A DNA stretch of 61,848 nucleotides, the filler included, from Sphacelaria rigidula (taxonomy: Eukaryota), in NCBI GenBank assembly GCA_964200075.2. It is 9 parts of 9 records of this genome, joined end to end, with 100 filler letters (N's around TTAATTAATTAA, not from the genome) between each part and the next. Parts side by side here need not be neighbours in the genome. Positions count along the whole stretch, not along the records: positions 20,651 to 27,433 come from CAXNAA020018105.1; positions 27,534 to 34,316 come from CAXNAA020018106.1; positions 34,417 to 41,199 come from CAXNAA020018107.1; 6 more parts are not named here. The stretch is one strand, 5' to 3'. Shown here piece after piece: positions 27,401 to 39,053 of the stretch; within the stretch, counting starts at the first letter, position 1, and each line of letters starts with the position of its first letter. The notes beneath the pieces are model-generated. The model made no database searches and was not told where the DNA came from. It saw only the letters and a program-made list of their open reading frames with translations. The position numbers and the translations under genes are program-made.

Positions 27401-28463
27401 ATGAGGTTCAAGCCTAAAACAGTGCTTTCTCCANNNNNNNNNNNNNNNNNNNNNNNNNNNNNNNNNNNNNNNNNNNNTTAATTAATTAANNNNNNNNNNN
27501 NNNNNNNNNNNNNNNNNNNNNNNNNNNNNNNNNGGCTCGGCGGGGTCGGGGGTGGGCGGGCGCGCCCGAGCGCTCCCCGGCGTGGGGGGGGGGGGGTGAG
27601 CGCACCCACACGTGGGGATGTCGTGTGATCCGAAGCCTGATTAGTTGCACTACTGTCGGTACCTGACCTCTATCCTGCAAGGGGGGGTAGCTCGGCGTAT
27701 ATCTTGTCGGTTTTAGGACGGGAGAGAGGGAAGGGCAGACAGCTTATTCGTTATACACGTGACGCTGTACTCGGGTAGGGGGTACGAGTAGCTGCAGATG
27801 AGGTATGCGACTTTCGTTTCGAGAGTTGTCACATACTGCTTTTCATCATTCGTGCTCGGAAATGCTCGAGTCGGTAGAAATGGGCCAAATAATCAGGTCG
27901 TGCGTAGGGTATAATGCCCGATTTTGTGTATGACTACCTACACGGGGTAAAACCCCGTTCATAGCGCGAGGGGGGGGGTAATCCTTGTCAAGGAATCCAT
28001 AGTCAAGAAGCCCTTTGCCTCGCATTCCCTCCAAACCNNNNNNNNNNGTCATGAGACCATTGACCTCGCATCCCTACAAAGCCGGGACGGAGCACGTCGG
28101 GTTTTCGCCGGACCAGGCTCGTTGCGGGGGGTGCTTCATTCATTCGGCATTATTGGTCCAAAAAAGCGCAATGGCTGGCCAGAGTTCACGATAAGGTCCT
28201 GTAGAAGGGTGTACCACAAGGATGAAGATGGTTTCGATTCAGTGAAAATACCGCAGTCAGAACCTGTGGCATTGTAATCCAGTACCCCCGTTCATCGGTC
28301 AGTCCGTTAGTCGTTCAATATTGATCGAAGAAATGATCTTTTTTAGGGGTCTGGAGCGGACAGGAATATCCCCCGACCTCCAAGTTTTGGGATCAACTGT
28401 TCACCGCTATGAGCAGTGGCGGGCGAAAAGAGGTGAAAAAATATCATCGCACGGAATTTTTTA

Positions 28464-29852
28464 GGGTCTTGCTATTTACGTCAACGTTGACGTACTGTGT
28501 TACATCCGCCAACGTTGACGTACTCTGTTACATTCGCCAACGTTGACGTAATCTGTTACGTCCGTCAACGTTCAGCATCCGTCCCGCAAGCCCCGCATGG
28601 ACACAGCAACACATGGAAAACACTTACACAGTCTTCAGCTATCGTTCAAGCCATCGCACGGAGCAAACGGACCCGTAGCGGATGAGATACGTACTTACCT
28701 GTCTCAACGTTGTGCTATACACGATGCGCTGATAACAGATAAGTGATCGAAAAGGCCGCAAGCTTCGAATAGGCAAGCCCGGGCGCCGGTCGACACAACA
28801 TGACGTTGTTACCATGAAAGCTGAGGTCATGGGCTGGGTATAGGCAGCGGGAAGACTTGATTCGTATNNNNNNNNNNTAAACGTGAGCCTGACACCGCGG
28901 CAAGCGGGGGACACTGCTGGCTCATATTAGCATGTGAGTCGTTCTTGCTGCTTGGCGCAGTTTATAGCCAGCGAGGCAATGTGAGCACAGAATTCGTAAG
29001 TGACAGATGCAGGGGCTACTCACGCGTGGTTTGACCTATACTGCACACAAATCATAGACCTGTCACAGAATTGTCTATACATTCCTGTACGTGGTCAAAG
29101 CACAGTAGCACTGTGTTCACGCATCACCCATTATGTACGTCTGGAGAGTACAGTCGGTAGAATATGTGCCGGTTGGCGTGTAACGTATGCGGAGAAATAC
29201 TCGCACACCTACATCTGTTGAGCAGATATCAATCTATGCCCCATGCTCGAGCTAACTCCTTGTCTACCTCCCTGGTTTGTCTGGATTCTGTATATTCTCG
29301 AGAAGCACCACCCTACCTGGGCATTGAGCAGCCTGCAGAGCTTTGCACACTTGAGAGTTGTAATGAACCTCAAAACGGAGCCGACGCGCAAGCCGCGCAG
29401 CCTTGTTTGCTGCCAGCACAAAGTGTTGGCGAGGGTCGGACTATGGCCTGATAGCACCGTCACACCGTACTTTTCAGCCGAAGAAGCGTACGCTTTACAG
29501 GGTGTAGCCTACCCTGTAGGCAGTACCCTCGCAATTTTCGTCGGTCTTTGAGATGAGAGACGAGGGTTTCTCAACATTTCTACTCTCAGGTGGACTTCGA
29601 TTCCTTGAAATCCTACACGGCTTGGGGTGCGGTGCTCACTCTGCCATAAGCGCGCATCTCATTCGCTACGGGTCCGTTTGCTCCGTGCGATGGCTTGAAC
29701 GATAGCTAAAGACTGTGTGAGAGTTTTCCATGTGTTGCTGTGTCCATGCGGGGCTTGTGGGACGGATGCTGAACGCTGACGGATGTAACAGATAATGTCA
29801 ACGTTGGCGGATGTAACACAGTACGTCAACGTTGACGTGAATAGCAAGACCC
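28464..29852. mobile_element. Non-autonomous long-TIR DNA element, MULE-like
   Basis: ~200-225-bp TIRs (28464-28688, 29656-29852) beginning GGGTCTTGC; flanks AATTTTTTA/AATTTTTCG resemble a decayed 9-bp TSD. Confidence 0.75.
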
Positions 29853-30274
29853 AATTTTTCGAGTTTGAGATGCAATCTACTTACTGTCTTCGAATGATCC
29901 AACTGTTGTCGGGCGTGCAAGGATCATCAGCGAACGTCTAGGGAGAGATCGAGACGGCGGTATAGAGTATGGCGTCTGGGGCTCGGCGCCGTAGCAGCAA
30001 GTACTATACCCTTCAAACCGACGTTTTTTGTTGATCTTGTCTTCGTTAATCTGCCTGCTCAGCCGTTGAAGAAGCAGGCTTTGTCTTGAGCGATACTTGT
30101 CATGCGACTATTCCCCTCTACGCGCTTTGCCAACCAAGTATAATCTGTGTCTTTCTTCTCCCCCCCCCCCGTCTCGAAAGGGATGCGTGGTCAATGGTCA
30201 AACGACTTAGGCAAGCAACAAATGAGTACGCCCCCCCCCACCCCGTCTCATTCCATATGCTGATGTGACCCAAG

Positions 30275-30514
30275 GGCCGCGGCAACAACATAGCGACGAT
30301 GGTCAACAAAGATCTGCTGCGTGGGCTTCGACTGGAGATGCGTTCTCTTGGGGTGTGGGTACCCAAGAAGGAGGAAGCTACGGACAAGAAACAGCAAGCC
30401 ACAGCGACGGTGGCGGCGGCGGCGGCAGCAGCAGCAGCAGCAGGATCAGTCTCGCCATCGGCGTCTGGCGGTGACGGTAATGGTGATGGTGATACTGCGG
30501 TGGAACAAAAATAA
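30275..30514 (+). CDS. Candidate terminal exon of an unknown gene (GRGNNIATMVNKDLLRGLRLEMRSLGVWVP..poly-Ala..EQK*)
   Basis: aag acceptor, open frame to a stop, low-complexity C-terminal tail; no family recognised. Confidence 0.4.
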   Translation, partial: GRGNNIATMVNKDLLRGLRLEMRSLGVWVPKKEEATDKKQQATATVAAAAAAAAAAGSVSPSASGGDGNGDGDTAVEQK

Positions 30515-32885
30515 GAGTCTTGAGCATGATTTTGTGAGGCGTGCACGAGTCGTCCAAGTGATCGGTCAAAGGTAGCGGTTGAAGGGTTTTGTTGCAGAAG
30601 GAGGGAGAGAAATTAACAGGAACTTGTTACAGAGAGAAGGGGGAGGGAAGAAGAAATCGGCGGCCCATCGGGGTGCTGCAAATACAGCGTCTTCGTGTTC
30701 AGCTTTTTTCCACTTGTGGCTGGGATGTAAATATCCACTAAGCGTTTGCAGCATAGTTGGGGTGTGCGCGGATTATCCGTGTGCCTACTGGGAACGGGTG
30801 TAGTATGATGGCGCACAGATGGGAGACTTGAACAGCGAGCTGCCATTTTTCGATTGCTTGAGTGATTGCGTCCGTGAAGGTGCTGGGAGCGGGGTAGGTG
30901 AGGAGTGTAGGCAGCACGCAGACATATCTTCTGGCAAAATATTTACCGTGACTTTGCCAACCCCTCTTCCACGAGCCGGGTTTGAGCCCTAGTTTATTTC
31001 ACTATTCCCGTACCTATGCCTTCCCTATCCTGTAGTGTAGAGCAAGTGGACGCGTCAGCGTCTACGAGAATGAGAGTGGGGAAGGGAGATGTAGTGAACA
31101 AGTAGTAGTCGGAACGGAAACCTTTTTGTTTGTTCTTTGTCGGTTCGTGACCCTGCTTTTCCTGTGCGTCGAGGATAGGCCTCACATTTTGTTTTTGCTG
31201 CTGACGTCACTGTCAACAAACGTGAGGGGAGTCAATGCCGTCCAGATGCTGTGAAATGTTACTTGCTCTAGGGTCTTTCGATGCCGCGCGTGATTTGTCA
31301 GCCATCACTCGTATCCTGCCGTTCGAACGTCGACATCGACAGTGAGCCCGAGATGGACTGATGTCCCCGAACTGTGCGTATAATAAGGGAACGCCATCAT
31401 CGAGTGCCGTTGTGCGTATTTTGATGGGTGGCTGGATGCAGCTGCTAGTATATACCTCATGTTGCTGTTTTTGCGAGGTTAGTTCACCACTTGGTACGGT
31501 GAAGAGCTTTCTCGGAAATTTCTGATTTCGAATAACTTTACCTGTAACCCTAACCCGCAACCCAACGAAGGCATATCAAGAACCCCCGGGCAAGAGGGTT
31601 GAAAGTGCTCCCTGGGCAAAGTGTGCGCTGCCAGACCTCGATTCTAGACGAGAGCGCGTGCTGCACACGCTAGGAGCATAGCCCCCATAGAATATCCGGA
31701 TTTCGGAGTCCACGTTAGGATCAAGTCGGGCCACGTTCACCTTACGGAGTGGTGAACTCTACTGGTTATTACCTCAAGTCTCTGCCGATGCAAAGCTAGT
31801 GAAGATACGTCTTCGTTGCACTTCCCCTAATGATCTGCGGCTGAAAGAACCTCAAGATCCTCAGTGTACACCCTGACAGATTGTTCAGAGTTCCAAACCG
31901 AAGATGAGTGATACTGGCCGACGAAATAGTTTTTTCGGATACGAGCTAGGCAGCTGATGGTAATTTTTGAATGTATCGTGGCGATGCGGTTGGTAAATCG
32001 AGGATTTAGGCGCTGAAATTTTGACACCACATTTTTACTCTCACTGCGTACAATTTTCCCGGGGGTGCCATGAGAAAAAAACGACAGGACGTTAGAGCCA
32101 TTTGAAGTTTGTGCAAAAACTTGATAAATGCCAAAACTCCTTGTAAACTTCCGCACCCTGGACAATACAATATGTAATATATATTGCCCGCTCGATATGT
32201 CGACGCGTCGGGTGGTCAATGTATACTGGACGGGCAATATGATGGCACGAGAGAGGGTCAATCTATATTGAGCGAGCAATATGTCAAGGCTCGCGACATG
32301 CAATATATATCGACCGGACAATGTATCACGACACGCGCCACCTCAAAATCTTTTGGCCGAGTAATATGTTGGTGCGAGAAGGCACCAGAATATATTTGTC
32401 GAGTAATATATTGGCTGCCACACGAAGTCAATATATATATTGATGATTCAATATACTCAACACCTGAAGCGCCAATATATATTGCCGCCCCAATATGTCG
32501 TGCGCCAATGCGTCCAATATATGTTGGACGGATAATACACGAGGGAACGCACAGGCCCAGAGGGAGTGTCGCAGCAGGTGGCTGCTTGTGACGAAATTTC
32601 AGCATGGGACAGACCGTTGGGATCCCGTCACGAGCAATGAGATTCTGACACACTGGTACATCCCTTGAAGGTTTCAATCTTCGCAACATTCGAGGTAAAG
32701 CATTCGGAATTGCAGTACCCCTACAGGTACACGGACATCATCGTACTCTCGAAATAACGAACAGACAATTTCTCCGCGAAGAATGATAAATTTGACATCA
32801 TCATACTCTCAAAATGGTTAACAGGCAAATTCTCCGCAAAGTGTAACAGCCTGGATTCGTTTTTGAGGTTCAACATTTGGGTGAG

Positions 32886-33580
32886 AACACGGGATCTTAC
32901 ATATTGGGGATGGATCTTTGATTGGGGATGAGGAACCCGAAGAATTAAAATCTTTGTATCCACACCAAATCTTTGAAATACTGCTCCATTTTTTCACCTA
33001 CTGATAGCTATTGACAACTACTACACGCCAAAGAAATTTGGATTTCGATCACCGAAATATTGGGGCCCTACGTGAAAAAACAATTTCGGAACCATTTTGG
33101 CTTCCGTTCGGACACCCGGAATTCCCCAAAATTGGTTTTTCATCAAGGGAGTGATGCTGCGATAGGGTCTGGGCTTTTGCGGCCTGAGAGGAAATCGGGA
33201 TTTAGGCATGTCGAATCACCGTTGACTCTCACCACAGTTCTTAGAGCCTCAGGGTGGAACATGCATCCATGACCAATGAGATAATTCCAGTCTGAGGTTC
33301 GGGCGGAGGTCACAATGTTCTCGATGGAAGATTATTCTCGTGGCTCTCAGGCCGGTTTTGGCTCCAAAAGTGCAGACCCTATCGCAGCATCACTCAAGGA
33401 CCCCAACATTTCGGTGATCGGAATCCAAAGTTCTATTGCGTGTAGCAGTTGACAATAGCGATCAGTAGGTGAAGAAATGGAACAGTATTTCGAAAATTTG
33501 GTGTAGATACGAAGGTTTTAATTCTTCGGGTTTCTCATCCCCAATCAAAGATATATCCCCCATTTGTAACATCCCGTGTT
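32886..33580. mobile_element. Foldback element with ~180-bp imperfect inverted arms
   Basis: 32886-33068 is the reverse complement of 33398-33580; another arm copy at 6957-7033. Confidence 0.75.
33149..33395. mobile_element. Sola-like MITE (247 bp) nested in the foldback
   Basis: TIR GAGTGATGCTGCGATAGGGTCTG / CAGACCCTATCGCAGCATCACTC; perfect 4-bp TSD AAGG. Confidence 0.85.
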
Positions 33581-34416
33581 TGAGGTTGAAGTCGCCATCG
33601 AAATTTCATTTGTTTCGTCCAATAGGCTCGGGATTCACAAGCGGTTTCGACCACGTAACCCTAACCCAAACGTTTCTGCACGGCAGCAAAAGAATGATAA
33701 GTAGTCCGACAGAAAAACCAACGTCATTGTGCGGCATCTTTTGAGCAGGACCTGCGTCTAAGCGCTACGGAACACGTGATAACAAAGCATGCTGAAAGCA
33801 TACTTCTTTGGGCTAGTCATCGAATTTTCGAGCGCCTCTTGTTGAGTATCTGGGAGAGACTTCATATTGTTGCGCCGGCGCCGACCGCCGTCAGCGAAAC
33901 GATCCAATATGGCGACAGACGCCAGCGATCTTTGAAACGCAGCATCATTCAGCAGTCTGGTGAGATATACCAGCACACCAGAGTACAGCATAACTACAGT
34001 GCAGTCGTCAGTTGGATAAAATGGATGCCCCACAACAAAGCTGCACACACACACAGCGGGGGTAAGGGTTAGTCCCACGCTTGGGGCTGTTTCGCCAGTA
34101 GCGCCCATGCAAGGCGCTTCATGTAGTCTGAACCAGCTATCACGCCTTGTATGACCACTTCCGCCGTGGCTGTGTTGAGAACTGGTTTCGCGGTGGGGCT
34201 GTCGAAGAATACTACTGTAGTCAAGGGTCTGTCAAAAATATATTTCGGGACATGTAGGCCCCAAAATCGAAAATTCGAGTTTTTGAGGGGGGGGTAGGGG
34301 AGGTGGGGTAGGAGGGNNNNNNNNNNNNNNNNNNNNNNNNNNNNNNNNNNNNNNNNNNNNTTAATTAATTAANNNNNNNNNNNNNNNNNNNNNNNNNNNN
34401 NNNNNNNNNNNNNNNN

Positions 34417-35599
34417 AGAAGAGGAACTGCCGATCGTAGACCAGTATACATACCTTGGCGTGGAGATATAAAAAAACTGTTCTTAGGATGCGCACATAAA
34501 TAAAGCAATAGAAGAGGGAAAGGCACAGATATGAAGGATGCACGTGATCCTCAGAGACTCGCACCTAGACACTAGGATCAAAATATATATCCTGATAAAC
34601 GGGATCGTACCAAAGCTGGAATATGCAGGAGAAGTATGGGAAGGGAACGTGAAGTTAGTGAAAAAATTGGAAACAGTGCAGATGGTAGAAGCTAAGAAAA
34701 TACTTGGATGCTCGAAAACGACGAGCAAAAGCATGTAGAGCAGAGTTGGGAATTTCCTCACTAAAAAACAACGAGAGATATGAGAAAATTGCGATGGCAT
34801 TATGTAGCTTATGGAACATCCAGAGAAGGATATTGCCAGCTATAGTTGACAGGGCTGTATGGAACAATAAGTACGAAAGGGCATGCTACAAGGTGAGATA
34901 AAGAAGTCGAGAAAGTGTGGAACGAGATAGGAGGAAACCAAGACGGCATACTGTCCATAAGTGAAGACGCGGGGTACAAGGCAAAAGTAAGAAATATGAT
35001 CGAAATAAGGGAAAAAGGAGCGCTCAGACGCAAAGTAGACGAGGAAGAACACCTGGAGATATACGCGTGATTGAGAGAGGGAATAGGGATGATTACATAT
35101 ATTCATGGCCCAATGGATACGACGAAAATATTGAAACTGTGATTTCGGGTTGGGGGACCTGGACCTGCCAGATTGTAGAAATAGGTTCACCAGTCGTCGA
35201 AAGGAGGAGGAAGTAGATGGACGGAATTGCTCCTGTGGCAAAGCATTAGAGAGCAGAAGTCATACTGTGGCAGAATGTGGACTATACAAGGAGGAACGAG
35301 ATGTGCTAGGGGGGGAGACGCAAAACGTGAACGAAGGTGGCATGAAATCGTTTGATGCATTAGACAGTAGGGAGAAGACGATGGTTATACTCGGAGATGG
35401 ATGGTGGCCAGAGACGGCAAAACAGGATGGGGGATAAGATGTGTGAAATATTTTTGTGTAATGCATAGAAGAAACGTAATGAGCGCCGGAATGTTGGAGG
35501 TGTCTCTATTAGGAGTAAGAACGGTGCTCCGTCTCAAAAGGGATGCATGGCCAATGGCCAAACGACTAAGGCAAGCATTGAATGAATCCCCCCCCCCCC
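34417..35599 (+). mobile_element. 3' portion of a decayed LINE (same family as 11735-13431) with intact 3' end running into a C-run
   Basis: Collinear nucleotide homology to 12467-13431; CSCGKALESRSHTVAEC; ends ...GGCAAGCATTGAATGAAT plus C-run. Confidence 0.92.
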
Positions 35600-35600
35600 T

Positions 35601-35839
35601 AGTACATGTCTCGCATTTTGGTCTCGCGGATTGGATCATGACCATCAGCACTCCCGCACCGCGTCCACTCTCGTCAAACAAATTCAGTCAACTGTTTTTT
35701 TGTTCACTCACGTGCCTACGCGTCTTTCAGAGGAAGTCAGATACTTTTGAGAAAATAACCCAACGGGTCGGAAATCGAACCCACCCTCTCTCCACCCTAA
35801 TGGTGACAGTCGGACCGATTGAGTTTACACCACCCGGGC
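35601..35839 (-). mobile_element. Candidate tRNA-derived SINE
   Basis: Head GCCCGGGTGGTGTAA (A-box-like) and GGTTCGATTTCC (B-box-like); body homologous to 38354-38435. Confidence 0.45.
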
Positions 35840-36633
35840 GCGGTGAAGTGAAGAACTCTGAACCCCGTGTAAAGGGGATGATCATAGTGTAATACGTGAT
35901 GCATTCAAAACCAGCTGCGGTCACAGGACATTAGTACCCACGGAAAGATAAAACATGGCAGTGGTGGCAGAATTACATAATTACAACGAAGAACTGTTCG
36001 ATGTTCTTCTACTCCTGCAACCGCAACCACACAGCCACCCGATGATTTTCACCACCGGCCTTTGCGGTCGGATGGCTTTGGTATCACACGGATGGTTTTT
36101 TGTTGAGCCACGCTACGCTTCCTCCATACCCACTATCCCGTACACGCTGACTTCGCCAGGTTTCTATAGTTCTCTAGCTTCAGTAGGTCCGGCACATGTT
36201 TGAGAGATCCGCTGCCCAATACATGATCTACGTTGGACTATTCCACGAAGTACATGTACAATATTTCCTAAGCGGCAAATGATGTGCATATATATTTTAC
36301 CTTCGAATTGATACAGTATGTGGGTCATCTATACTTTGTCATTACTCAAGAACCAGGCTGACGATACCGAAGCCCACGGGTAGTGAATACATGCTATGAT
36401 TGCCACACTATTGCCATCACTGTCCGTGCGGGGGGAAGGGGGGGGGGCTCATGATCTTGCATGCCGTAGTCATACGATCATTGACCTCGCATCGCTTCAA
36501 AGCCGGGACGGAGCACACGAGGAGAGGGGGGATGTCTACTTTCGAGCGCTGTGAAGTGAGGACAACGCATAACAAAGAAAGGAACAATACAAAATGACGC
36601 CAAAGTAGCCCAAGAAGCTCGTCATGAAAAAGC

Positions 36634-36676
<43 letters not shown>

Positions 36677-37262
36677 GCAACCACAGACGGCGTCCGACAG
36701 AAAAAAAATGTCTTCTTGGTTTCTGTTCAAATATTGGCCCTAAAAACACCTCAGAAGTACCTCACAGCACAGAACAAAAGCGCCGACAACAATACAACGG
36801 CAAGGATCCTGGACCTTACTCTGTTGTTGCATGCAGTCTATCTTCATTCTCTACCCCCACACAGTATTTGAGCCAGAGATCGTGTGCGACAACTGCACCG
36901 ACGTCAACGTCGTACTAACCCATGCCCCCTCCCCGTCCCCGCACCCCCCCCTGCCCTCCATCTAGAAACAGGTCGGGGTTGGGGATAATCCCATGTATGT
37001 GCCAAGAATGGTATAACATACTCGCCCCTACGAAATTTAAGACGAAAAAAACGCATATAGTTGCGCGCAAGACGCATACGAGTGAAAGATCTGCAGAGAG
37101 AAAAGACGCCACGTCATTCCCCCCTCCGCCACCATTCCCCGCCCGCGAGAATATTCCTCTTCATCCACCCGACCACCACCCGACCGGGTCCGTTTTGTTC
37201 CCCTGACATGAATCCCCACACGATTTCCTGCCGGGCTAAATAGCTCCCCCGAACAGCAACAC

Positions 37263-37367
37263 CTTGTCATCCGTTTCCTCTGCGGATATGGCGTCGACGC
37301 AGGCGCAGCCAGGCTTGGGCATGTCCACGCCGTACGCTTCGTATATCGCGGCGAGGCACCAGGCATG
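37263..37367 (-). CDS. Candidate internal exon (HAWCLAAIYEAYGVDMPKPGCACVDAISAEETDDK)
   Basis: cag acceptor, AAG|gt donor, 105 nt phase 0/0, strong GC3 bias; family unknown. Confidence 0.45.
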
Positions 37368-38796
37368 CTGTTGGGAGTCGTGCATCGCGCGGGCACGTTT
37401 TGCTCAGAGATGATCAATGGTTCTTGAAAGGGTGGGGAGGAGGAGGGTGACGAATGGCAAGATGTCGCCGTCGAATGGAAAAGGGTGTGCTACATTGAGT
37501 CGAGAATGAAGCTGCACGCTGCCTGATCAACTGCTGAGCACATGCCCCATTGGGGAGAACAAAATAAGGGACATTGCGACTACTGCGTGTACACACTACT
37601 ACACATTGCAATGTATCGGCATACAGGGAGGACCGTCTGCTGCTGCTTGTTCTGTTGTACGAGTTTACCGTTTCATCGTCCTTGAGGAGTGAAAACAATC
37701 CCAAGGTCTTCTTAGCGTTTAGTTTTATTTCGCCCATGCCAAATTTGAAAGCACAACTCTCAAAACCGAGACGCGAAATCCAGATCTAGTGCTTTTCTAG
37801 TACCTCTGTCCGTAACACACGTCATATTTCGCCAATACAAGCAATGCTGTTGTACACGCATGATTCATGATTGCCCTTCCCCAAGAGACTGCGACCTCAA
37901 CCCCATCCCCTGTAAGGAGGACTATGCGAGGCGTCAGGAGATGCTGCGAAACACGTTTTTTTACCAGAACCCTTAGCTCGTCCATATCCATGTTTAACAT
38001 ACATAATCATCCGAGTCGAAAAAGACACTTATCGAAGATTGCACACCGTACGTACTATTACTATATACATGAGGCTTTCACTCTGTACCCGCAGTCCTGC
38101 GACAGAGACCTGTCAGTTTTGTTGTTTTTCTGTCTTCGTCTTTCTCAGGGCCTCTACTAGATACTAGCCTACTTTAGTTTGTGCTGTTTGTTTACATTTT
38201 GACCCTACCCTGTCCTATTATCACACCCATCTTTTCAGCCCCTCGAGTTCCGTCGATATAGTTGTATTTTTTTGTTACACTTGTAACCCCTCCTCTTCCT
38301 CGGGACGAGTCCATGGTCTACTAGTCCCAAGGGATCAATCCATCTCCCTCCCGGTACCCGCCTTCCATTTTGGTAACGCAGATTGGATCATGACCACCAG
38401 CACCCCAGCACGGCATCATCTCTCGCCAAACAAAACTCCATGATGTTTTGATATGGAGCGAAAGTCTATATATGCCTTTACATGGGTGCCATATTCCAAC
38501 ACACACACACACGGAATGGTAGCCACAGCCAAACGACCTTAAATACATACTACTAGATTGAATACTTGATATAAGCTGCTATGATACTTTACTCTCACCT
38601 ATACTGCAATATGCACGAGGAATGGTCACCCAAACAACAGCAACATCAGTCATTTTCAACTGATGAATTGTTGCCTTCCATATGCGTTCGACAAGACGAT
38701 CACTCGTCTAGTTGTGCTTGACAAGAGCCACCCCCCAACTCCCTCCGAGCAAGTGGACGAAGTCCAAACCGGTAAGGGGCAGAGTAATCAAGCAGG

Positions 38797-39053
38797 GAGC
38801 AATGCTACGGTAGGGGTGCACTTTTTTCGCGAAAAATTGTCTGGTTCAGGGGCTCCTAACGATTTTAGACGCACAAGAATACGGGTCAGGGCATCCCCAT
38901 TTGCAGATTTATTCGGGATATCCCCAGCACATAGGAATAGTAATCTTGGCGTACTCTCGCACATTTTTATAAGTCGTGTTTTGGATGAGATAGGGGGCTC
39001 CTGATAATTTTAATCTCAGAAATTATTTCTTTACCCCTACCGTAGCATCACTC
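38797..39053. mobile_element. Sola-like MITE (257 bp)
   Basis: TIR GAGCAATGCTACGGTAGGGGT / ACCCCTACCGTAGCATCACTC; full-length homolog at 56926-57181; TSD not preserved. Confidence 0.8.

Noticed and set aside
28477-28575. Palindromic 27-bp repeats resembling a CRISPR array
   Set aside because: The units are tandem with no unique spacers, lie within a transposon TIR, and no cas genes are present
35745-35839. tRNA gene
   Set aside because: A- and B-box-like motifs are present but no cloverleaf forms; treated as a SINE head
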